64,000 nucleotides of DNA from an uncultured Brevinematales bacterium (GTDB lineage Bacteria; Spirochaetota; Brevinematia; Brevinematales; JAOACQ01), in assembly GCA_964413265.1 (NCBI GenBank), contig CAYPRX010000073.1, positions 88,883 through 152,882 on the forward strand, in the 5' to 3' direction. The position numbers and the translations under genes are program-made. Every line of letters starts with the position of its first letter. Position 1 is the first letter of the stretch. Under the pieces are notes generated by a model. That model saw nothing but the letters and a program-made list of their open reading frames with translations, did not search any database and was not told the origin of the DNA. Below are positions 8,612-18,300 of this stretch, one piece after another.

Positions 8612-10366
8612 ATGTCTTTAAAGATAGAAGATCTTCAGGCTGTTCTTGATATCAACAGAAAGATCAACTCGATAGAAGATGTCCGCCTCATTCTCAATGA
8701 TATATCACACTACGCTGGAGTTCTGCTGAACGCTGAAGGGGCATCCATACTGCTTGTCGATCCTGATACAGGTAATCTCTTTTTTGAAGTAGCTTTCGGT
8801 GAAAACGCTGATATCCTCAGTAATGTCATTGTTCCAAAGGGAAAAGGTATCGCCGGATATGCGGCTCAAAGAAAGGAACATGTAATTGTCTACGATGCGG
8901 AAAATGATTACAGATTCTATAAAGAGGTGGATCAGAAGACAAACCTTAAAACAAAAAATCTGCTGGCTATGCCGCTAATACATAATGATAATTCCATAGG
9001 CGTTATAGAAGTTATAAATCCGGCCAGAAAAATTTTTACCGACGATGATGTTATTATTTTAAAGCAGTTTGCAGAACAGGCCGCCACCGCCATAGCTAAC
9101 GCACTTCTTTATAAGGCCGCGCAGACCAGGGCGAAGGAACTTGAATACCTCTACCAGATTTCGAATCTAACGAATCTCACATATGACAGGAAAGTCCTTT
9201 TTTCAAAAATAGTTGAGTTGCTGTCTAAAATATTTAATTCACACAGGGTTTCAATAATGTTCCTCAATGAGAAAACCGGTCATTTATATATTGAAAGCGC
9301 TGTAGGGATGCCTCAGGATGTTGTTGAAAAGATGGAGCACAGCCTGGAGATTGATAAAATTTCGAGTAGAGCAATAAAACAGGGTAAGACGATTTATTCA
9401 AATAATATTGAGAAAACAGGGTTTGGCAGGAATAAACGTTTAAGGTACAAAAATACAAGTTTCATCTGCACTCCTATCAAGATTAAAAATATTTGTTTGG
9501 GAGTTATTAACATTTCAGAGCCCAAAAAAGGGGCGCGGTATACTCCTGAAATGATCAAAACGCTAAGGACCATCGCAAACCAGGTTGGTTATACATATGA
9601 AAGCATGCTTAGTTATATGGAACAGCTTGAACATGAAAAGATAAAAAAAGAGATCGACATCATGAAGACGCTTCAGAATGCCCTCCTGATTAGCGATTTT
9701 ATCTCTTTTAAAAACATATCCGTGTTTGCTAAAATGCAGACTGCAGAGGTCGTCGGGGGAGATTTTTATGATATCTACAATCTGACACCTGCCAGAATTG
9801 GTTTTGTAATCGGCGATGTTTCGGGAAAGGGCCTGCCAGCATCTTTGTATATGGCCGTATCAAGAAGCGTAGTAAAAGCTTATGCTTTTCATACAAAAGA
9901 ACCAGATATGCTTCTGGAATATGCAAATGACATACTCTTCGAAGATTCAAGGGTAGGCATGTTCGTTACGATGTTTTACGGGAGTTTAGATCTGACAAGA
10001 AAGATTCTGGAATTTTCGAATGCTGGACATAATCTTCAGTATGTTTACAGGCCGGCAATGGGGATATTCTCCTCTCTTTCAAGCAAGGGAATCCCCCTTG
10101 GCATCACCAAGTCTGAAAATTATATATCTTCGTACTTCCAGCTTGAAGAGGGAGATATTATTTTCTGTTTTACAGACGGGATAATCGATGCCGTGAATGA
10201 TAAGGGGATAGATTTCGGGCTGGACAGACTAAAAAAGATTATAAGGGAAAATTCTTCTTTGAACGCTTCTGCAATAGTAAATATCATTTTCAGAGAGATT
10301 GATTTATGGTCAAAGGGTGCTCCGCAATGGGATGATATGACCATGCTTGTATTAAAAATAACTTAA
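8612..10366 (+). CDS. GAF-GAF-PP2C (SpoIIE/RsbU-type) serine phosphatase
   Basis: Two GAF-like segments are visible (GASILLVDPDTGNLFFEVAFG ... SIGVIEVINP; HRVSIMFLNEKTGHLYIESAVG ... CLGVINISEP). The C-terminal SpoIIE domain shows VGGDFYD, IGDVSGKGLPASLYM, FTDGIIDA and DDMTMLVLK. A GGAGG ribosome-binding site lies 6 nt before the ATG at 8612. Confidence 0.8.
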   Translation: MSLKIEDLQAVLDINRKINSIEDVRLILNDISHYAGVLLNAEGASILLVDPDTGNLFFEVAFGENADILSNVIVPKGKGIAGYAAQRKEHVIVYDAENDYRFYKEVDQKTNLKTKNLLAMPLIHNDNSIGVIEVINPARKIFTDDDVIILKQFAEQAATAIANALLYKAAQTRAKELEYLYQISNLTNLTYDRKVLFSKIVELLSKIFNSHRVSIMFLNEKTGHLYIESAVGMPQDVVEKMEHSLEIDKISSRAIKQGKTIYSNNIEKTGFGRNKRLRYKNTSFICTPIKIKNICLGVINISEPKKGARYTPEMIKTLRTIANQVGYTYESMLSYMEQLEHEKIKKEIDIMKTLQNALLISDFISFKNISVFAKMQTAEVVGGDFYDIYNLTPARIGFVIGDVSGKGLPASLYMAVSRSVVKAYAFHTKEPDMLLEYANDILFEDSRVGMFVTMFYGSLDLTRKILEFSNAGHNLQYVYRPAMGIFSSLSSKGIPLGITKSENYISSYFQLEEGDIIFCFTDGIIDAVNDKGIDFGLDRLKKIIRENSSLNASAIVNIIFREIDLWSKGAPQWDDMTMLVLKIT

Positions 10367-11110
10367 ATGCATGATATTCTGACCTATCCTGATTATTTCA
10401 GCAATGTTTTGACTGTCGGTACAACCGAAAGGGGTTTGAACTTCGGCCTGTATACTGCCAAAACATTACTGGAAGCCGAGAAAATTAAAATATTGATGGC
10501 TTCCATTGTCAAAGGACTTGGTTTTAGAGGACTTGTAACCTTAAAACAAATACATTCGGGTCTTGTCCATTTTATTGGTAACATCAATTACAAAGAATAT
10601 CTGAATAATTCTTTTATTGAAGGTGATGGTATTTTTACGGATTCAAAAGAGCTGCTTCTTGGTATACTCACAGCGGACTGCATTCCAGTTTTTTATACCA
10701 ATGATTCGGCCGATATAGCAGGCATTGTACATGCCGGATGGAAGGGTATTAAAAATAAGATCCACATAAATATTATAGATAGAATCAGAGAAAAACTGAA
10801 TATAAAACCTGAAAGTCTCCATATTCTTATAGGGCCGCATATAAGGAACTGCTGTTATGAAGTAAAGAAGGATTTGATAGAAGAACTTGGTACTATTAAT
10901 TTTGAAACAAGAAAAAGTTCTCTTTTTTTGGATCTTGAGGCTTGCCTTACTGAGGACTTGATTAAAAAAGGAGTAAAATCGGAAAATATTATAAAATACT
11001 TAAAATGCACCAAGTGCTCTGAATTACCGCATTTCTATTCATACCGCGGCGGAGATATGAGGGAAAGAATGCTCTCATTTATCGGCATCGGCAGACAGGC
11101 TATATTTTAA
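10367..11110 (+). CDS. pgeF: YfiH/PgeF family (DUF152) purine nucleoside phosphorylase / peptidoglycan editing factor
   Basis: Motifs LKQIHSGLVHFI, LTADCIPVFY, HAGWKG, CCYEV and YSYRG. It starts 1 nt after the upstream stop. Confidence 0.8.
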   Translation: MHDILTYPDYFSNVLTVGTTERGLNFGLYTAKTLLEAEKIKILMASIVKGLGFRGLVTLKQIHSGLVHFIGNINYKEYLNNSFIEGDGIFTDSKELLLGILTADCIPVFYTNDSADIAGIVHAGWKGIKNKIHINIIDRIREKLNIKPESLHILIGPHIRNCCYEVKKDLIEELGTINFETRKSSLFLDLEACLTEDLIKKGVKSENIIKYLKCTKCSELPHFYSYRGGDMRERMLSFIGIGRQAIF

Positions 11111-13175
11111 TATTGTAATCCTCCATTTTACTTCTGAGAGTATTCCTGTTGATACCAAGAAAATCAGAAGTTTTAACCTTGTTTCGATTGTTGAATATCA
11201 GTGATCGTGTAATCAGTTCCTTTTCAATATGCCCTATGATTCTCTCATAGAGTTTCCCATTGCAGGCCTGATTTTTAATAAATCCTTCAATCCATTTACT
11301 TATATGAATATCTGGCACCTCTTCTATATCCATCAAAAAAGAAGGAAGATTTCCTACTTCTATCATCTGTACACGGCAAAGAAGAACAGCCCTTTCAATT
11401 ACATTTTCAAGTTCCCTGATATTTCCAGGCCAGTTATAGGACTGGAGAAGTCTCAATGACTCCTGTGAAATTCCAAGAATGTTTTTATTATCTCTTGTCG
11501 AGTATTTTTTTATAAAATGGTTAGCAAGAAGAGGAATATCATCTTTTCTGTTCCTCAGGGGAGGAATCTGTATTTCGACAACGTGCAGACGGTAATAAAG
11601 GTCTTCCCTGAATTTTCCCTCTTTTATCAATTTATTGATATCCTTGTTGGAAGCAGAGATAATTCTTATATCTATTTTTACCTTGGATTCGCTGCCGAGA
11701 GGTTCAATTTCCCTTTCCTGTATTGCCCTTAGAAGTTTAGCCTGAAGATAAAACGGCATATCGCCTATTTCATCAAGGAATATCGTACCTCCGTTTGCAA
11801 GCAGGAATTTACCTTTTTTATCTGATACGGCTCCGGTAAAAGCACCCTTTTTGTAACCGAAAAGTTCAGACTCCAGGAGATTTTCAGGTATTGAAGCACA
11901 GTTTATGCTGATAAAGGGTGAGTTCTTTCTATTGCTGCCGACATGAAGTGCCTGGGCTACAAGCTCCTTGCCGGTACCGCTCTCACCGAGGATCATGATC
12001 GATGAACTGCTGTCGGAAACCGTTCTGATCAGCTCAAAAACCGCCATCATCTGCTTGCTTTTGCCGACGATATTATCTATGGCAAAATTCTTGAAGAGTT
12101 CTTTTTTAAGGCTGAGATTTTCGGCGATCAGATTTTCCTTATCTTGATATATCCTTTCCCATGATTTTACCTTATTAGCTATAATGTTAGCTACAAGTGT
12201 CATCGTGTCTTCCTCATCGCTTAGAATGCTTTCGTTTTCAAAGTATTTTTCAACAGCAAGGACACCGATAACTATTCCTTCTATTTTTATTGGAACCGCG
12301 ATAAAGGAGATCTGAACGTTTTTATCACGCTTTATCTGAAGCCTGTTCAAATATGATTCATCCTTGTTGATATCTTTGATTGAAACAGCTTTCCCGGTTT
12401 CTACAACTCTGCCGACAACCCCTTCACCGATCTTGTATATGCCCCGAGACATTTCTTCATCAGTAATATTGTAGGCTTTATATATTGATAGTTTGTTAGG
12501 TTCCTCTTTTTCAAAGAGGATGAGCATTCCCCTGTATATTCCCAAACTGTCGGCGAGTTTTTTCATCACTATCTCAAATGAATCAGATAGTTCGAAAATC
12601 TTTTCAATACTCTGAGATATATCGAGAAGAATGTCTTTAAATTTTATTTTACTCTCAAGCTGATGGTAGAGATTTGTCCTGATAAGTATCTGGGCGGCCT
12701 GATTTGAAATTGTTTGAAGGAACTCCATGTCGTCCTCGGTGAAAGCTCCGATTTTTGCACTGTCAACGTTGACGACACCGATGATTTTCCCCTGGACGGA
12801 TAAGGGGACTGCAAGTTCCGATTTTATATCTTTACGCACCGGAATATACACCGGGTCTATACTTACATCATTGACCAGCCTGGGTATTCCATCCTGAAAA
12901 ACTGTTCCTGTGAGACCTTCTCCTACTTCAATAGGGGTTTTCAGGACCATATCTTCATCAAGTCCTTTGATAACTTCATATCTGAGTTTCCTTGTTCCCG
13001 GGTCTTTGATCATTATAGAACCACTGTCTGCGCCGGTTATTGTTATGCATTTATCCAGCATTATTTTAAGAAGTTCCTGTGAATCAGAAGTTTCATTCAT
13101 AGCGATGGTAAGATACTGGATGAGCTTATGTCGTTTTATCTTTTCCTCAAGTTCTTTCGTATAATTATTGTCCAT
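11100..13175 (-). CDS. Sigma-54-dependent transcriptional activator (GAF-GAF-AAA+-Fis HTH)
   Basis: Two N-terminal GAF-like domains precede the AAA+ core, which has GESGTGKELVAQALH, the ESELFGY / GAFTGA (GAFTGA loop) motifs and an RLHVVEIQIPPLRNR segment. The C-terminal HTH reads DFLGINRNTLRSKMEDY. It is divergent from glnA. Confidence 0.9.
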   Translation of the reverse strand: MDNNYTKELEEKIKRHKLIQYLTIAMNETSDSQELLKIMLDKCITITGADSGSIMIKDPGTRKLRYEVIKGLDEDMVLKTPIEVGEGLTGTVFQDGIPRLVNDVSIDPVYIPVRKDIKSELAVPLSVQGKIIGVVNVDSAKIGAFTEDDMEFLQTISNQAAQILIRTNLYHQLESKIKFKDILLDISQSIEKIFELSDSFEIVMKKLADSLGIYRGMLILFEKEEPNKLSIYKAYNITDEEMSRGIYKIGEGVVGRVVETGKAVSIKDINKDESYLNRLQIKRDKNVQISFIAVPIKIEGIVIGVLAVEKYFENESILSDEEDTMTLVANIIANKVKSWERIYQDKENLIAENLSLKKELFKNFAIDNIVGKSKQMMAVFELIRTVSDSSSSIMILGESGTGKELVAQALHVGSNRKNSPFISINCASIPENLLESELFGYKKGAFTGAVSDKKGKFLLANGGTIFLDEIGDMPFYLQAKLLRAIQEREIEPLGSESKVKIDIRIISASNKDINKLIKEGKFREDLYYRLHVVEIQIPPLRNRKDDIPLLANHFIKKYSTRDNKNILGISQESLRLLQSYNWPGNIRELENVIERAVLLCRVQMIEVGNLPSFLMDIEEVPDIHISKWIEGFIKNQACNGKLYERIIGHIEKELITRSLIFNNRNKVKTSDFLGINRNTLRSKMEDYNIKI

Positions 13176-13344
13176 ATTCGAACCTCTTTATGGCTATTAT
13201 TTAACCATTATTATAAATAATGAGTAAATTATAAGCAAATATTTTCTTCTATTAAAAATTAATTTAATAAAATTTGTAATTTAAATTTAATCAATTATAA
13301 TAAAATATTATATAAAGTGCTGCAGTATCTTTCATTTATTATTT

Positions 13345-13360
13345 TGGAACAATAATTGCG
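13345..13360 (+). promoter_or_regulatory. Candidate sigma-54 (-24/-12) promoter of glnA
   Basis: TGGAAC-aataa-TTGCG. The GG at 13346-47 and the GC at 13358-59 have the canonical GG-N10-GC spacing of TGGCAC-N5-TTGC. The site lies about 40 nt upstream of the glnA ATG (GGAGG RBS at 13387) and next to a divergent sigma-54 activator gene. Confidence 0.6.
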
Positions 13361-13398
13361 AAATAAATCGACATTTCGAAAATTTTGGAGGTATAAAT

Positions 13399-14817
13399 AT
13401 GGATGCTAAAGGAGTATTGGACCTGATAAAAAAAGAAGGAATAGTTCAGGTCGATTTACGTTTTATGGACTTCCCAGGTATGTGGCAGCACTGTACTTTT
13501 CCTGTTTCAGAATTCAAGGATGAGAGTGCCTTTGAAGAGGGATTAGGCTTTGATGGTTCTTCAATACGTGGCTGGCAGGGAATAAATGAATCAGACATGC
13601 TTTTAATAGCTGATCCGAGTACTGCCGTTGTCGATCCATTTACAAAGTATCCCACATTGCTCATGATAGCGGATATTAGGGACCCCATTACTCATCAGGA
13701 ATACCCGAAAGACCCGAGGCATATTGCTAAAAAAGCGGTTAATTATTTAAAGAGCACAGGCATAGGCGATACTGTTTATTTTGGCCCGGAGCTTGAGTTT
13801 TTCATCTTCGATGATATAAGGTATGGCCAGAACACCAGGGAAGGTTATTATTATATTGATTCAGACGAGGGTGTCTGGAACACCGGAAGGGAAGAGGAAG
13901 GTGGAAACAAGGGATATAAGATCAGGCATAAAGAGGGATATTTCCCTGTTCCCCCTTCTGATTCATTAATGGACGTACGAAGTGAAATGGTTCAGATGTT
14001 TGAGAAGTTCGGGATACGCATTGAAGCCCATCACCATGAAGTCTCTACAGCCGGACAGGCAGAGATTGATATGCGTTTTGTTGATCTTGTAAAAATGGCG
14101 GATCAGGTTTTAATGTATAAATATATAACTAAGAGTGTAGCGGTCAAAAACGGAAAGACTGTTACTTTTATGCCTAAGCCTCTCTTTGGAGATAACGGAA
14201 GCGGAATGCACTGTCATCAGAGTATCTGGAAGGGTAATAAAAATGTCTTCGCCGGCAACAAATATGCCGGATTATCTCAGGAAGGTCTCTGGTATACTGG
14301 AGGTATTTTAAAGCATGCAAACTCTCTTGTTGCAATTACCTGTCCGACAATGAATTCTTACAAGCGTCTTGTTCCAGGATTTGAAGCACCTATAAATCTG
14401 GCTTATTCGGCAAGGAACAGAAGCGCTGCAGTAAGGATACCGATGTATTCATCAAACCCTGCAACGAAGAGGCTTGAATTCAGAACCCCAGATTCAAGCT
14501 GCAACCCTTACCTTGCATTTTCAGCAATGCTTCTTGCCGGACTCGACGGTATCCAGAATAAGATTGATCCGGGCGAACCGATAGACAAGAATATTTATGA
14601 TCTGCCTCCTGAAGAGCAGTCTAAAGTCGGCAGCGTTCCCGGATCCCTTGAAGAGGCTTTAGAAAATCTTAAAAAAGATCATGAATACCTCCTGAAGGGA
14701 GATGTATTCACGAAAGATGTGCTCGATACCTGGATAGAGTACAAGATTACTAATGAAGTTAGGGCCATTCAGCAGAGGCCTCATCCGTACGAGTTTTTCC
14801 TTTACTACGATATTTAA
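13399..14817 (+). CDS. glnA: Glutamine synthetase, type I
   Basis: It is 472 aa with classic GSI blocks: [68 protein letters not shown] and [12 protein letters not shown]. The adenylylation-loop tyrosine context NIYDLPPEE is present. Confidence 0.95.
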   Translation: MDAKGVLDLIKKEGIVQVDLRFMDFPGMWQHCTFPVSEFKDESAFEEGLGFDGSSIRGWQGINESDMLLIADPSTAVVDPFTKYPTLLMIADIRDPITHQEYPKDPRHIAKKAVNYLKSTGIGDTVYFGPELEFFIFDDIRYGQNTREGYYYIDSDEGVWNTGREEEGGNKGYKIRHKEGYFPVPPSDSLMDVRSEMVQMFEKFGIRIEAHHHEVSTAGQAEIDMRFVDLVKMADQVLMYKYITKSVAVKNGKTVTFMPKPLFGDNGSGMHCHQSIWKGNKNVFAGNKYAGLSQEGLWYTGGILKHANSLVAITCPTMNSYKRLVPGFEAPINLAYSARNRSAAVRIPMYSSNPATKRLEFRTPDSSCNPYLAFSAMLLAGLDGIQNKIDPGEPIDKNIYDLPPEEQSKVGSVPGSLEEALENLKKDHEYLLKGDVFTKDVLDTWIEYKITNEVRAIQQRPHPYEFFLYYDI

Positions 14818-14839
14818 TCTAGTTATCCTATTTGAAAAT

Positions 14840-14876
14840 CAAAACCCGTCCTTTAAAAGGGCGGGTTTTATTTATT
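14840..14876 (+). terminator. Rho-independent terminator after glnA
   Basis: The GC-rich hairpin AAAACCCGTCC-tttaaaag-GGCGGGTTTT is followed by a T-rich tail (TTTTATTTATT). Confidence 0.7.
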
Positions 14877-14906
14877 ATCACATCCTGACTTGACAGAGAG
14901 GCGGCA

Positions 14907-15395
14907 TTGAAAAAAAAATATGTTATTATATCAATTATTCTCTCTGCAAATACTGTGTTTTTTGAGTGCTCAAGCCAGACCAGGTTTTCATATATTAGAA
15001 ACAGGCTTAACGGTCAGAATATTCAAGAGCAATCATATGAACAACTCCTGATCGGTCCCCTCAGATATAATATATCTGCCTTAAATAATTCTTTTATTAT
15101 CGCTCAAAACTACAATCATACATTTCTGGGAAAAATCTGCAATCCCTATGATATTGATTCAATTTTTAATGAAGAAGGGGATTACGGCAGTTCTGCCTCT
15201 TTTTTATCCATATGGAATGAATTGGGATATTTCGGGAATAAGTACGGCATTTATTCACCCTTTAATAATTTAACGTCTACACCTCCGATGATCATCAAGG
15301 ATGGGTCTATAATCGGTTATTTAACAGTAAATAAATCGATTATCGGCGGAATCAGTCCTTATAGCCTGATAATTTACATAGATGATTTTCATTGA
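14907..15395 (+). CDS. Hypothetical secreted/lipoprotein-like protein with internal SI[FW]NE-G-[YF]G repeat
   Basis: It uses a TTG start and has an N-terminal signal-like segment MKKKYVIISIILSANTVFFEC. I recognise no family. A repeated motif is visible (DSIFNEEGDYGSSAS / SIWNELGYFGNKYG). Confidence 0.4.
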   Translation: MKKKYVIISIILSANTVFFECSSQTRFSYIRNRLNGQNIQEQSYEQLLIGPLRYNISALNNSFIIAQNYNHTFLGKICNPYDIDSIFNEEGDYGSSASFLSIWNELGYFGNKYGIYSPFNNLTSTPPMIIKDGSIIGYLTVNKSIIGGISPYSLIIYIDDFH

Positions 15396-18300
15396 TATCC
15401 GGAGATATCTGAATTTATTTTTCCAATTTCATCGTTAAAAACGGCCATGACTTCATTTCGGTATCTTTCAATCAAATTTTTCAGGAGAGAAGGGGATTTC
15501 TCGTTGATAATGCCTATAAAATAACTTCTTCTTACAAGGTAGTTGAACTCCATAGATGTTTCAGGATAAACATTAAGGTCCTTGGCGTTTCCCTTCGCCA
15601 TACGGAGAATATTTATCAAATTCCTGAAAAAAAGATAACTTTCCTTTAATCTTCTCAAGGTTTCATCCTTGATTATTCCTGTCTTTAAAAGAGCTTCGAT
15701 TCCTGCCACAGTGGATTCGCACATCAGGGAAGGTTCATTCTTTCCATAAGCTATCTGGAGGGTCTGAACCAGATATTCTATATCTACAAGACAGCCCTTT
15801 GAATATTTAATATTGGTGAGGTTGGGGTTTCTCACATTTGAAGCGATCTGTTTTTCTCTGAGCGTAAGAAGAGCTGATATGTCAGGTTTTCCTCCACCGT
15901 ATACAAACCGGTCACGGCATGAAATTATATCCTTTATCAGTAGAGAAGGAGAATTCCCCCCGCAGATCGGCCTTAGTTTTACAAGGGCCTGTTTTTCAAA
16001 ATAATAGGCTTTGCCTTCCCTGAAATATTCAAGAAAACTTGATTTAGACACAGGCAGCATAGAAGACTTGCCGTACGGTCTGAGATTAAGATCGATCTCA
16101 AAAATCCCCTCGCTTTTTGAGTGAACAACCCTGAGAAAGGTCTGGATAAATTTTTCAAAATATGAAGCGATATTTTTATTGTCGCTGCTGAGATTTGAAT
16201 CGTCATAAACGAACATTATTTCTATATCCGATGCGTAGCCGAGTTCCCTTCCTCCTAGTTTTCCAAGACCGAATACTTCCCATGGGGGGGCCTTTTTTAC
16301 ATGAAGTAAGCTTTGCATCTCTTTATCTATCTTTTGAAATGCAAGTTCAATAACGGATTCAGCCAGGTCTGTCAGTTCAAGTGAGAATTCCATCATTCCG
16401 GTCTTTTTAAGAATCTGTCTGAGATCAATCCTGAACATTTCAGCATCTTTCCATTCATTGAGAAGGGTACTGAAGGCATTTAGATTTTCCTTTTCGGGAG
16501 CTCTTTTTTTCAGATAGTTGTTCGAAAATCTGTCTTTTAGCTGATCAGCTGAAAAACACAGTTCGAGTGTAGGGTCGTTAAGTATCGGCAGTAGATCGGT
16601 GAATTGAAATCTTATCAAGTCCTCCCAGAAATAATCACCTATGCCGAAAACAGCAGCGAGTTTTTCCTGTACTTCCTTCTGGCCTAAAAGGGGAAGTTCT
16701 TTTTTACCCCCGCTTTCAAGGATCTTCATCAGGAGTTCATCGAAATGACGCAGAGCCTTGTTAGGATCAACAGCATTCTGAAGAAATGCAGAGTACTGTT
16801 TGATAAGGGCTACTGCAATTTTTAGATTTTCAATTTTTACTGCTTCCAGTATTTTTTTCCCGTCTCTTGTCAATATGAAAATCCTGTCAAAAACACTTTC
16901 ATCGACAGTGTCGATTTCAATTTTGAATATATAATAATCATTAAGGGCAAGAACATTAGTAAAAGTGTAAAGAAATGCGAAACTGTCTCTGGAACATATA
17001 TTTAAGATAGTATACTGGCTGCTGGATTCGTTATCCACATCGATATCGACGGGGGAGACGGAAGGGGCATCCCCGTATTGGAATCCTGAAATCATGACAA
17101 GTATCTTATTGTTGAGAAATTCCTCGGATTCCCTGATACGGTTATTTTCCAGCAGATTAAGTATGTAAGTCAGTTCATTTTTGAAAGTTTTCCAATCGGG
17201 GCCTGTAATACTGCCTTCCAGCCTGGAGACGATCAGAGTACATACTATTTTTCTTCTGTTAATGAGTACACCGGATTTATCAGGTGGAGAATAGGGATAT
17301 ATACGCTTTTCCTTTCTCCTGTAAAAGGCATCGGGGCCTCCTTTTGGCGCCGGGGAATAGTTACTGTATGTAAACGATTCGCCGCTGATAATCTTCAAAT
17401 AATTGGAAGAGATCAGTCCTGCTATCTTGGAAAACTCATAATAATAATCGAAAGCCACTATGGTAAGTTTCCATTTTCCCTGGCCTATTTCCGAGGTTTC
17501 CAGCTCGACAGGGTTTTCAAGATCCAGTTTAGATATCATTTCAAGATGTGAATAGATGTCATTTTCCGTGAAGCGAAGGAAATACTCGCTGTCCATTCTG
17601 AGAAAATGATCATTCAGAAGGTTTTTATCGCTATCGGGGTGAATTTTTAGAAGGTTGTCCTTCAATTCAAGGTACTGAATCGTTTCATCGAAAAGTGATG
17701 TGAATATCTCCCTCACATCCGACATTATTTTCAAAACTTTGTTTTTAAAAAAAATGCCGTAATTGCCGGAGCTTCTATCGAACCCCTCTATCTTCCATGA
17801 AGAGAAAAGGTTTTCGATATCCTCTTCGTTTTCCGGTAATGAATATTCCGGTGTATTGTTTTTTAACTGGATTATGTTTTCGATTTTTCTTAGTGTTATA
17901 TAGCCGTTATTGAGTGTTGCATATTCTTCATGTGTTATTATATGAAAAGTATTGAGCGCTGTCAGAGCCGCCAGAGAATTTGAAGTTCTGATCTCCGGAT
18001 AGCGGATCCCATGGATCAGCTGAAGAAACTGAATGATAAATTCTATATCTCTTATCCCCCCGGGAGAGTGCTTTATATCAGAAATGAGGTTTTTGCGTCT
18101 GATATTTATTTCGATTTCGTTCTTGATTCTCTTTATATCATAAACGATCTTCTGGGGCTCATGATGGCGGTAAATAATATTGTCAAGCTGAATGGAAAAT
18201 TCTTCATAAAGATCGGGATTTCCCCAAACAAGTCGTTTCTTTATCATAGCCTGGTGTTCCCATTTTCGTCCCCTTTTTCCGTAATACTCAATGGCGTTTT

